Part shown: one piece after another, positions 11,924 through 23,640 of the stretch
Position numbering within the stretch: position 1 is the stretch's first letter
Layout of the letters: the number at the start of each line of letters is the position of its first letter
From: Octopus sinensis
Taxonomy: Eukaryota
Assembly: GCF_006345805.1 (NCBI RefSeq)
Contig: NW_021834821.1
Coordinates: forward strand, 1 to 44,206
DNA: 44,206 nt
Reading direction: 5' to 3'
The notes under the pieces: generated by a model
The model's database searches: none
What the model saw: the letters and a program-made list of their open reading frames with translations, nothing else
Told to the model about the DNA's origin: nothing
Made by a program: the position numbers and the translations under genes

Positions 11924-14900
11924 TTATTTGTCAAAATAAAAGAAAGCAAAAGATTGACGTCCAGGAATAATTCCAAAAACCATCAAAGAATTGTCTGAAA
12001 CATCCAAACCAAGAACTTCAACGACTTCATTATCCTCCCCTCTGAGGAGTAAATATTTTGGATTATCTTTTAATCTCAGGATTTCATCATCTTCAGATGT
12101 TTCCTCTTCAATATGTCGAGGTATTTCGTAAATATTGTTTCTTGTATCTGTTATATAAACACATTCACCAATTATGGTCAGACGAGGTCTTGCAATATAA
12201 TATCCCAGAACAATAAACATTTCTTCTATTCTTATCCTCCTCACCAAAGACTTTTCCCTGAACCATTCCACAAAACACAAATCTTCCCAATTTCCAGACT
12301 CCTCTTCCACCTCCCTCCTCACAACAACAACATCACCAAAAGATGTGACTCCCACACCATACACCCCTTCATCTCCCTCAAACCTTCCCCATCTCCTCAT
12401 CTCCCCACGACACACTTCATCTTTACATTTCCCATCTTTGATATCAACCACATCCACATAATAAGGGTCAAAGATGTCGGGGTCACCGCAATAATAGTAA
12501 TCCTTGTTGTTCTTCCATCTTTGGTATTTCTCGTGTCTCTCTTCTTGAGTTATGTCTCTAATATAATGACCACCACACACGAGTTGATTGTCGTTGTATT
12601 TATAAATCCTGTTGTAGTATTTCTCAGTTCTGATGGTTTTTAAACGACGGAGTACCCTGTTGAAGACCCTCATTTCTCTCCCAAAGGCGACAATGAAACA
12701 TTCCTCTGTCCACCGACATATGTCCAGTGGTGTTCGTTGTTGTTGTTCATGTTGAAGTATGTCCACTGTTGTTGTTGTTGTTGTTCTGATTAATGTGACA
12801 CTTTCTCGAAACATCAACACACTCACATTCTCATCTAACTTAATTAGTTTACTGTTCCGGTCCCTAATGTCCCTAAAATCATAATCAACAGGTTCCTCGA
12901 ATGCAGGAATGGAAAAAGGGACCATTGCTGTCCTATATGGAAGTCTCCTCACTGATATTTCATCAATTCCTGAATTATTAATCTCCGCTATGTAATTACC
13001 ACATCTCACCTTTAATCTACCTTTACCAATTATTTCACCTGATTTACCTCTTCTTCTTCCTCCTCCATCTCCATCTCCTCCTCTGTATTCCAATTTATTA
13101 ATTAATTCATTACTGAATATTTCCTTGTTCTTTTCAGATGTAATGGAAGGGAAACGAAGACCAGAATCAAGATTTAATGACAACACAGATTCCAGAATGT
13201 TCACTTGGTCCCCATCAATCTTTATGCAATGACATTCAATCAATTCATTATGTACACACCAGTAAATACCCGCCACTTTTCTCCATATTACACCATAAGG
13301 GATGAGACTCGACCAAACTTGAGATGTCTGCAAATCTTCTCCATTCAGTTGAAATATTTCTTTCCTTTTAGGAACCGTGGCCATTATGTGTGATTCTTGT
13401 GTAAAACACACACCACCAACTAAACTTGCAACATTTCTGTGACATAGCAACTGGCCGTCTTCATCGAATATTTTAACATTTCCATTATTGGCTTTTTCAC
13501 ACACAACTGTCTTCCTTCCTCAGAGACATCAAAATCTTTTACTTGAACAGGACATTCGTCTGTTTGTAAACGAGCAACCGGGAAGCTGTCTCGATTCACC
13601 ATAAACAACCCTTCAACATACAATTCATTCTCTCTCCTTTCGGGGCTTCCAACAAACCTTGGTCCTTTACAGTCTATACTGGAGAATTCTACTCCATCTT
13701 TATAAATTCTTTTATTTAAAAATATTCTCTTGTATTCCCCATTCTGGGTCAAACACAAAATATTTCGATATCCGGATAAAACAAAATATTTCTCCCACTG
13801 ACCATGAATGTACAAAAAACTGTCATCAATTGTCATCTTGTCATCATCACCAACATAATACTCCATGTAGTGTCTGACTGAATGTAAATATTGACCACCA
13901 CTGTTGAAGAAAATGATGAATCTTTCGTTGAAGACGATGATGACATCTTCATCAGAAACTTTAATATCCCGGATTATATCATAATAATCTCCATCTTCTG
14001 TTCTCCTTATTAATGGTTCAGGTATGTCTATTTTTTTTATTTCCTTCACACTCGAATGTATTTCATCAATATCAACAAAATGCAAATGTCTTACATCTCT
14101 CCATTCACTCAAAACCAGTTGATTGTTTGATAAAGAAGCCACACATTCATAGTTATTTCTCGTTTGGTAAATTACCAACGACAATGGAAATTCCACTTTT
14201 AATGTCCACAGTTGGTGTTTATTAAAACGATCCCAAGTCATAATGACCAGTGTGTTTGACTGCCATCGACACATTTTCATATTACAATAAACATTCACTT
14301 TGATTGAATCCATAAGGTGACCATCCAATGTGAATATCTTAATGTTTCCATTCTCCCAGTCCCATCCTGCAATCAGATTATTTTCAGTAAGAACCAAACG
14401 ATTAATCTTCGCTGGTTCTTTGTCTCCCAAATGTTTAGGGAGAGGAATATGTCTGGCTTTATCAGAAACTGTCAGGTTCTGTAGATATAAAGTGGAAGAC
14501 AAGATTTCACTGAGAGAAATGTGTCTGGAAAATACATCCACCAGGTCGATATAATAATTAAGTTGATTATTAGTAACGAGATCATTAACCAACAAGTTCT
14601 TATCGTTTATGGCAAACATACGGCTTCTGTCTATCAAATAAACAGACGTTTGGTCAATAGATCCACCTTGGAGACTGAGGGGACGTTTCACTTGGGACAT
14701 TAAAACACTGGGGACCATCTTAGTTTTACTAGCATAACAATATCTAGTTTTACCACCACGAAGACGATGACGACGATGACCACCACCACCTATTCTAGTG
14801 TTGTACTGAAAAGCTTTTTCCCTAGTAACAATTAATAGCTTTTCTGTTTCCTTGTCTACTGATAATGATTTCACAAACACAGGGATATTAATTGTCTTAA

Positions 14901-17394
14901 TTACTTCAACTTGATTATAATAATTGATGGCTAAAATGTCTAAATGTGATGGTTTATCACAATAACAAACAATTTCACATTCACCCATCTTACACACCCG
15001 TACATAAGGCTGCCTTAATGATACACTTCTCACTCTCTTTGATACGTTTCCGATGACCCTTAATTGTTTCTGTAGAGGTAATGTGACCCCTATATGATTA
15101 GAATCCCATCGACATATATCTGTGGCTGTAGACGGCAGAGATAATCTGGACACAATGTCTCCTTCCTCAGAAATATACAACAAGCAATCATGGTTGATGT
15201 CGGACACCACCAACTGTCCATTGGACAGATTACATATTCCGCCAATTACAAGTTTTTGGTCATTCTCCTTTTCTTTGAGTCGTAGATTTAGATTTCTGAT
15301 ATAAGGATTTTTAATGGGTAAAAGACAGCCAGACGACCGGTCTTGATACTTGTAAAGAAGAACCCTGTTGAGTTGAGTGTCCGGGACATAAAGAGTTCCT
15401 TGGAAAACAGCAATGTGAGGGTGAACAGGGAAAGGCAGTTCCCACTGCCATTTCATTTGTCCATATAGATCGTAACATCTGAGAATAGAGTGTCTCCTGA
15501 AGAGGACATAGAAATAAACATTATCAGAGTAGATGTGATGAGGGTGGCCATAGAATGGAAGGTATTTTTGAAAAAGTTCTTCACCACATGTGGAATAAAA
15601 TACCATTTTATTTTCGTTTCCATCTATGACTACAAAATTAATTGGAGTTGCAGCAATGCTGACATTATGATGTCCCAGAGAAATTCTTTCTGCAATGTCA
15701 ACTTTACCTTCGTTGATCAAGAGGATATGGACCTCACTTTTGTTTTCAGTGGTGGTCACAGCTAGACACTTATTTGATACAATATGACATATTTTCATGT
15801 AACCAGTTTGCACCTTTATTAAAGGGCCTTTTCTTAGTTCAGGACAGGTGATATACTGAAATCCTTTCATTTCAGGATAAAATACCAGGAATCTGTTTGC
15901 GTTTATTCTACAACAGAAAGAAGGAAGCTCAAGGAAAACTGAATTATTTTGGCTAATTATTTCCCCGTTATCAGTGAATACTTTAGCTTTCTTGTTTTTG
16001 TAAATTATTAATATAGAAGATGTAGACATAGGTAGAATATTTGTAATGTTGTAGCAATCCTCAATATCAATATAGTCTTTTAAACTGGGGGTATGTAGCT
16101 GGTGGTTGTATGACAGTTTGGGCCAAAAGTCTTTATTCATTTGAATACCATGTGGTTTGCCGCAATAATCTGTTACCAAAATGGTATCTTTACCAACAGA
16201 AATAGAGCGGCATTTCCTGCCAATGTCCCTCCTTGTCACACCACCTTTAGCTGAAATCCTATAAATTATTTGTCCCTGGAGGACATAGAAATAATTTTGG
16301 TAGAGAGAGATTTTACTTGGGAGGTGCAGAGAATGGGTCTCTACCTCCCATATCTGTTGGCCATCCAGTTTGTAACAGATTACTCTGTTGATGCTGGCGA
16401 ATGTAATTACAAGTATATTCTGGACCCCTACAGCAATATCTGTAGGGGTTTCTTTGGTAATAAATTGATAGTTTATGGTATTATCCTCCCAATCAAATTG
16501 GTAAACTGTCTTACCAAACATTTCTACACCTATAAGTGTAGAATCTTCCAAGTAACTCACCATATGTAACCCCAACTGTATCCTTTTGATCTTTAAGGTT
16601 TTGGGGCTGATAATAAGAATCATTTCTTGGAAGGGGAGGGTTGCCAGAACCATGTCTTCACTGATTCTGGTGAAACTGGTCACAGAAGATGGACAATGGA
16701 CATCAATTCTGTCACTGTCTCTTGTTACTAAACTTATTGTCTTACAAAGGTGGGAATATGTCATCACTCCCTCCTCTATGATGACAATATTGGATATTAT
16801 TGGGATTTCTTCAAATTCTTCTCCAGATTCCTCAATATTTACTTCTCTGGTCACAACTGGCTGAAGCGGCCGAAATTTCGTGGTTACTTTTGCTGGTTCA
16901 ATGGTCTTGTGGTTGTATGGGTTACAGGTGACATAAATGTCAAAGAGTCTTTGTTGAAACCATTCGAGGTCCTGCTCAATAGAAATATTCTGTTCTTTAG
17001 TATATTTCAGCAAAATTCCAAGTCTCTCTTTGACCTTTTCTAAAATACGATTGGCACTTAACCCCAGACTTTCATAATGTTTGCTCTCCTTAACTATATG
17101 CTCCATAAACATCATGCAGCGATCATATTGAAGACGAATCCTCTGTATTTTAGCAACTATTTGTTTTTCAGTTTCTTTTGTGCTTTCTTTGTCTCCAGAT
17201 ATGGCCTTCACTGCTGATTCTCTCTCTGAAATAACACTACAATATCCTTCATCACTCCTCCTTGAACCATCATCTTCCTCGTATTTACCCCTTTGATTGT
17301 CAACTCCTTCTTCATCCCCTTTTGGTGTTGAGTAACTCAAAGCCCATTTCTGAGGGATAAGTTTCCTTAAAGTATTTTCAGTCTGGTCTTCCAT
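11924..17394 (-). CDS. Coiled-coil + tandem NHL-like beta-propeller protein (TRIM-NHL-like C-terminal modules), 1823 aa after repairing one frameshift at 13512-13513
   Basis: Two overlapping ORFs (1324 aa and 526 aa) join in frame if one A is added: DFDVSEEG-KTVVCEKANNGNVKIFDEDG, a typical NHL blade. The span is free of microsatellites. Recurring blade pairs include ICNLSNGQLVVSD..CLLYISEEG..DICRW..VTLP and LVLTENNLIAGWD..NIKIFTLDG..MCRW. A splice acceptor lies 7 nt upstream of the ATG. Confidence 0.85.
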
Positions 17395-17401
17395 AGTGAA
17401 T

Positions 17402-17425
17402 CTGCAAAGAAATATAAGGAAAACA
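17402..17425 (-). promoter_or_regulatory. Splice acceptor for the large exon
   Basis: Minus strand reads TTTTCCTTATATTTCTTTGCAG|ATTCACTATGG: polypyrimidine tract plus CAG, exon starting at 17401. Confidence 0.7.
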
Positions 17426-18539
17426 TTTAGCTTTGTGAAAATATTAAAGTTTCAGGGAGATGATGTTTGCTTCATCATTTGAAAAACACCAACAAAACAT
17501 TTATGTATTTCTGTCAGTGAATTAATCTTGTCTAATTAATATTTAAACAACTTATTACAATCTATTCTAAGATGTATTAATAAGTTTCATTAATTACATG
17601 GAGTCTAGATATTAGAAATAATTATTTTCACTGGAAATGATATTTGCTCTCAACATCACAAAGAAATAGTCATGTGTGGCTTAGATTTATTTAACGATAA
17701 TTAGTCAAAGAGATTCCCCTGCTCCAAAAGCACTCAATAACGAGACACTCTAAGCTGTAGAGAAAATTAACTTTAATTGGTGTACATGCTATATTATGTC
17801 CCAACACACAGCAATCATGTTCAAACTTTGTTAACATGGAACAATTAGCAAAACATAGGCTTTATTATGTTTCATAGACATTTGTCAGGTACAAGTATTA
17901 CTAATGATGGGACAGTCATGGTTGGCTTGGTTTCCATCATATTTACCTGGATTAACAGATAGCAATAAAGCTGGAGATGAAACTGTTCTTAACCTGACAA
18001 ATGCTGTAAATCTCTCGACATTTCAATATAATCCACACAATTATCATACACAACATTGATTAACTCGGAAAGCTGATCCAAAGATGGGCTTTCATATAAT
18101 CACACTGATAGACAGCATGTTGAGAGGATCGTTATTATTGTTGCTAATTGAGATTAATAAAGATTGGTTAATGAATAAGCCTAATTAGTGAAAGGTAGGT
18201 TCCTCCTAATTATCTTTTAATATAAGGGACAATGTTTGGGTAGCAATGAGAAAGATGTGTTTGTATGAAAAAGGGGTTTGGCAGGTGAAGTGTGTTTTGT
18301 TTTGTGTCAGGTGAGGAGTTATAACTTGGTGTAGTTTATTATGAAGTATTGGGGGTTTAATGAGGTGGATTAGGAAATATTGGTGGGGGTGTTTAATAAC
18401 ATTGTGGTGACCCATCATCATCAGAATGATCCTCCACCCCTCCTTGGTCTATGAAATAATGACTGTTACTCTATTGACCCCAGGAGGAATGAAAAATAAA
18501 AGAGACCTTCTTCAGGATACACATACATATATATGTATA

Positions 18540-20417
18540 CTAGCAGTATCGCCCGGTGTTGCTCGGGTTTGTAAGGGAAATAACTATATAAGCATTTTTA
18601 GTGAGTTATAGCAAAAAATGCATTAAAAAATGGAATAAAATATGATGGTAATTTTTTTTTTAAATCGTTGACTCATTGTAGACATTTTTAGAGAGTTACT
18701 TCCCTTATATAATAGCGAAAAATGCATTAAAATGGAATAAAAAATGATGGTAGTTTTTTTTTTTTAATCGTTGACTCATCGTAGACATTTTTCGAGAGTT
18801 ACTTCCCTTATATAATAGCGAAAAATGCATTAAAATGGAATAAAAAATGATGGTAAATTATTTTTAAAATCGTAGACTCATCGTAGACGTGCGCTAATAC
18901 CCAGAAGGGCTCGATATGAATCACGACTATAAGATACCCGGCTTTGGTTACACTGCACTGCAAAATGTGGGAGTAGTTAGGAATCTAAATCGTAGGAGAC
19001 AGACACACAACCTTACTTTTATATATAAAGATTTGTGCAACAACTAAAACATTCAGTTGTGCAAATTGTTTGAATCACGACCATAAGATACCCGAATTTG
19101 GTTAAACTGCACCGCAAAATGTGGGAGTAGTTAGGAATCTAAATCGTAGGAGACAGACACACAACCTTACTTTTATATATAAAGATTTGTGCAACAACGA
19201 AAACATTCAGTTGTGCAAATTGTTTGAATCACGACTATAAGATACCCGGTTTTGGTTAAACTGCACCGCAAAATGTGGGAGTAGTTAGGAATCTAAAACG
19301 TAGGAGACAGACACCAACCTTACTTTTATATATAAAGATTTGTGCACAACGAAAACATTCAGTTGTGCGAATTGTTTGAATCACGACTATAAGATACCCG
19401 GTTTTGGTTAAACTGCACCGCAAAATGTGGGAGGAGTTAGGAATCTAAATCGTAGGAGACAGACACACAACCTTACTTTTATATATAAAGATTGTGCAAC
19501 AACGAAAACATTCGGTTGTGCAAATTGTTTGAATCACGACCATAAGATACCCGAATTGGTTAAACTGCACCGCAAAATGTGGGAGTAGTTAGGAATCTAA
19601 ATCGTAGGAGACAGACACACAACCTTACTTTTATATATAAAGATTTGTGCAACAACTAAAACATTCGGTTGTGCAAATTGTTTGAATCACGACCATAAGA
19701 TACCCGAATTTGGTTAAACTGCACCGCAAAATGGGGAGGAGTTAGGAATCTAAATCGTAGGAGCCAGACACACAACCTTACTTTTATATATAAGATTTGT
19801 GCAACAACGAAAACATTCGGTTGTGCTAATTGTTTGAATCACGACTATAAGATACCCGGTTGGTTTAAACTGCACCGCAAAATGTGGGAGTAGTTAGGAA
19901 TCTAAATCGTAGGAGACAGACACACAACCTTACTTTTATATATAAAGATTTGTGCAACAACAAAAACATTCGGTTGTGCAAATTGTTTGAATGACGACTA
20001 TAAGATACCCGGTTTTGGTTAAACTGCACCGCAAAATGTGGGAGTAGTTAGGAATCTAAATCGTAGGAGACAGACACACAACCTTACTTTTATATATAAA
20101 GATTTGTGCAACAACTAAAACATTCGGTTGTGCAAATTGTTTGAATCACGACTATAAGATACCGGTTTTGGTTAAACTGCACCACAAAATGTGGGAGTAG
20201 TAGTTAGGAATCTAAATCGTAGGAGACAGACACACAACCTTACTTTTATATATAAAGATTTGTGCAACAACGAAAACATTCGGTTGTGCAAATTGTTTGA
20301 ATGACGACTATAAGATACCCGGTTTTGCTTAAACTGCACCACAAAATGTGGGAGTAGTAGTTAGGAATCTAAATAGAAGGGGACAGACACTCACACAACT
20401 ACAGCTTTATATATATA
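18540..20417 (-). mobile_element. Non-autonomous Helitron with amplified 5' termini
   Basis: Minus strand 3' end is the hairpin CCCGAGCAACACCGGG followed by CTAG|T at 18540. There are internal ~105-bp repeats (18600-18900) and repeated 5' ends A|TCTTTATATATAAAAG. Confidence 0.75.
19033..20417 (-). repeat. Tandem array, 9 units of ~153 bp
   Basis: Units start at about 19033, 19187, 19340, 19492, 19645, 19797, 19950, 20104 and 20260 (TTGTGCAACAAC...TATATAAAGAT). Confidence 0.95.
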
Positions 20418-20419
20418 TA

Positions 20420-20935
20420 CTAGCAGTATCGCCCGGCGTTGCTCGGGTTTGTAAGGGAAATAACTATATAAGCACTTTTAGAGAGTTACTTCCCTTATAG
20501 ATGCCAATTCGGGCTTTCTTAGCCATTTCTGTTTTGGTGTCTTCAAGCCACGAAGTCGTTGTTCTAAAAGAACGCTGGTCTCCTTGACAACGCTTTACAA
20601 CGTTAATTTCCTTACACTCCCTTCCCCACAGCTTCACGGGGGAGGGAAGAAGGGGAGGAGAAGCAACACAGGTGCAGGTGTGACGATGGACGCCAACTCC
20701 GCCGCCATCGACACACGAAAAAATATGCATTAAAATGGAATAAAAAATGATGTTAAATTATTTTTAAAATTGTAGACTCATCGTAGACGCGCGCTAATAG
20801 CCAGACGGGCTTGATATGAATCACGACTATAAGATACCCGAATTTGGTTAAACTGCACCGCAAAATGTGGGAGGAGTTAGGAATCTAAATCGAAGGGGAC
20901 AGACACTCACACAACTACAGTTTTATATATATAGA
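20420..20935 (-). mobile_element. Non-autonomous Helitron, ~516 bp, same family, head-to-tail with the array
   Basis: 5' A|TCTATATATATAAAACTGTAG at 20935. 3' hairpin CCCGAGCAACGCCGGG plus CTAG|T at 20420. Confidence 0.75.
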
Positions 20936-21160
20936 TATGAAAAGGAGTGGCTGAGTGTTGGGGAGAGACTCAGGTAGGTCCAGTAACATCCCTAGTTTCA
21001 TTGGAAGAATGGTGAAGAGAAGAGATTTACTGCCAATCTTTGTCACAGCAGTAAGATAGTAGAGTAAAAAGAAGAAGAGAGAGTGATTGAGAGATGAAAG
21101 ATAGAGGTAAGGGTGATAGGGGTATGGCAGTAGGGACTCAAGCTCCGAGAGTTGACACTC

Positions 21161-21213
21161 ATCAAACTGGTTTTTGGAGGTCTGGGAATATACCTCCAAA
21201 AAACCAGTTTGAT
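21161..21213. other. 20-bp stem hairpin with 12-nt loop (pre-miRNA-like)
   Basis: ATCAAACTGGTTTTTGGAGG / CCTCCAAAAAACCAGTTTGAT, with an imperfect basal extension of about 10 bp. Confidence 0.4.
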
Positions 21214-21278
21214 AAATGCTAATAAACGAATCTTTCGGATCTTGGGTCACTTTGTTACTTCTGCTACATATATATATA

Positions 21279-23272
21279 TATATAAGAAAATAGTAAAGAG
21301 TGAAAAAACGACAGAAGGCTTAAATGTTAAAGAATATATATATTTGTGTCAAGATGTCTGGAGAATATTGGAAAAAATTTTTTTTCCCTCCTTAAAATGA
21401 CATAATTTTATAATTTTTAAAGAAATACCGGTTTCGCAGTTTGTTTTTCAAATTTCTTGTGACTTAATGTTTATTTATAATAACGTAATTCTTGTATTTT
21501 TGCTATGGAGAGCTCTAAATAAGGGAAGGAATTAGTGATTTCTTCCGGTGTAAGGGAGATAATCGCTTAAAAAAATTTTTTTCGTTTCCTCTTAGTGTGA
21601 ATAGTTGAGTCTGGGTTTGTACTTTTCAATGAAGAATGTTTCCTTGTTTAGTCTAATTTGTGATGATAATCCAAAAGCACATTGGTAAAATGGAAAGATT
21701 AAAAATTGTGGTTTCAGTTGCTTTGCGCATTTCTCAATGTGTTCACTAAAAGGTATCATTCTATATTCTGGGAATGCAATCTGTTGTCGATGCAGTGTGC
21801 ATCTACGCCTGAGTGATAGTCCCGTGGACCCCACGTAGTCTTGGTGGCAACCCGAGCATTTAATGACATAAATTATGTTTTCAGAGGCACAAGTAAAGTT
21901 AGATTTGATCTTGAATTTCTGTCCCTCTTTAAAAAAAAATTCTGATCCTTCCAATAGGTTAGGACATGTTGCACAGTTCGATCTACCACATTTTTTTACT
22001 TTTGCATCCGTCGTTTTAGAAGACAATTTTGCCTTTGTGAGAATCTTTTTAAGTGATTTAGGCTGTTTGTAGCTTTTAATGATTTGGTGTATGTTTAGAA
22101 TTTCCTTTAATTTGGGGTTTTTATGAAGTATTGGTAAATTCTGGGTGATGATGGTGAAAGCTTCTTTGTTTTGGGGTTGTATGTAGATATGTAAGGTAGT
22201 ATTTTCGGGGAAGGTGTGTTGTTGTGTTGAACTTTTCTTAAAGTTTCTATGTTGATTCTGTTGCACGTCTGATCCCATCCTCTATGAGTTGAGTTGGGTA
22301 ATGTCTGTCAATTAAGGTGTTTTTGAGTTCTTGCAGTCTGAAGTTCCTGGTATTTTGTTCTGACACTATTGTGCATATCCTTCTTGCAAGGTTGAAGGGG
22401 ATGTTTGTTTTAGTGTGTCTTGGGTGGCATGAATTAAAGAGAAGGTATTGTTTGGCGTCTGTGGCTTTGTAGAAAATGTCTGTTTCTATTTTAAGGTTAA
22501 TTTTTTTGATTAGTATATCCAAGAACAGAAGCTCCTTTTGGTTGTATTCCATTGTGAACTGTATATTTGGGTTTATGCTGTTCAATAGGTTTTTAAATTT
22601 TAAGAGTTTATCTGTGTTTTCATTCCAGAGAATAAAACAATCGTCCAAGAATCGTTTCCAGTTCTCTTTTATGTATTGAGAGAGGGGGTTTCCAAATGCT
22701 CGGGTTGCCACCAAGACTACGTGGGCTCCACGGGACTATCACTCAGACGTAGATGCACACTGCATCGACAACAGATTGCATTCCCAGAATATAGAATGAT
22801 ACCTTTTAGTGAACACATTGAGAAATGCGCAAAGCAACTGAAACCACAATTTTTAATCTTTCCATTTTACCAATGTGCTTTTGGATTATCATCACAAATT
22901 AGACTAAACAAGGAAACATTCTTCATTGAAAAGTACAAACCCAGACTCAACTATTCACACTAAGAGGAAAGGAAAAAAATTTTTTTAAGCGATTATCTCC
23001 CTTACACCGGAAGAAATCACTAATTTCTTCCTTATTTAGAGCTCTCCATAGCAAAAATACAAGAATACGTTATTATAAATAAACATTAAGTCACAAGAAA
23101 TTTGAAAAACGAACTGCGAAACCGGTATTTCTTTAAAAATATAAAATTATGTCATTTTAAGGAGGGAAAAAAAATTTTTCCAATATTCTCCAGACATCTT
23201 GACACAAATATATATATTCTTTAACATTTAAGCCTTCTGTCGTTTTTTCACTCTTTACTATTTTCTTATATA
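21279..23272 (-). mobile_element. Penelope-like retroelement 2, 5'-truncated, with inverted 3' duplication
   Basis: Minus-strand RT C-terminus and GIY-YIG at 21592-22693. 22694-23272 is an inverted copy of 21279-21861. Confidence 0.9.
21592..22693 (-). pseudogene. PLE RT (C-terminal part) + GIY-YIG endonuclease fragment
   Basis: Motifs WKRFLDDCFILW, FLDI, FYKATD.KQYL.FNSCHPRHTK.NIPFNLARRIC, CGRSNCATC, IIYVIKCSGC.QDYVGST, LNKETFFIEKY.PRLN. Two 1-nt frameshifts fall in A runs. Confidence 0.9.
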
Positions 23273-23336
23273 TTCACCCACGTGCTTTACCAAACAAACT
23301 TTCTTATCTATATATATATATATATATATATAAAAA

Positions 23337-23640
23337 AAATCAAAATCAAATCCAAGTCGATCAACATCAATGGAAATTGTAGCTGTGATACCAGTGCCGG
23401 TGGCACATAATAAGCACCATCTGATCGCAGCCATTTGGCAGCCTCGTCTGGCACCTGTGTTGGTGGCACGTAAAAAGCACCACTACACTCACGGAGTGGT
23501 TGGCGTTAGGAAGGGCATCCAGCCGTAGAAACTTTGCCAGATCAGACTGGGCCTGGTGCAGCCTTCTGGCTTCCCAGACCCCAGTTGAACCGTCCAACCC
23601 ATGCTAGCATGGAAAGCGGACGCTAAGTGATGATGATGAT
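23337..23640 (+). mobile_element. Short element with RTE-type 3' tail (family C)
   Basis: GGTGGCACGTAAAAAGCACC unit, GGTTGGCGTTAGGAAGGGCATCCAGCCGTAG, ending GGAAAGCGGACGCTAA(GTGATGAT)n. Matches the 3' UTR of the RTE copy at 42214-42990. Confidence 0.8.

Noticed and set aside
13505-13522. Programmed -1 ribosomal frameshift
   Set aside because: No slippery heptamer is visible, and similar 1-nt losses occur in both PLE ORFs, favouring an indel or consensus error.
12113-16864. Short plus-strand ORFs antisense to the large gene
   Set aside because: Expected shadow ORFs of a long coding exon.
18206-18421. PIFPNPP-like peptide suggesting a third PLE remnant
   Set aside because: Only one short motif, with stops nearby, which is insufficient.
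19033-20417. Regular array resembling CRISPR
   Set aside because: Units are near-identical over their whole length with no unique spacers. The context is eukaryotic and there are no cas genes.
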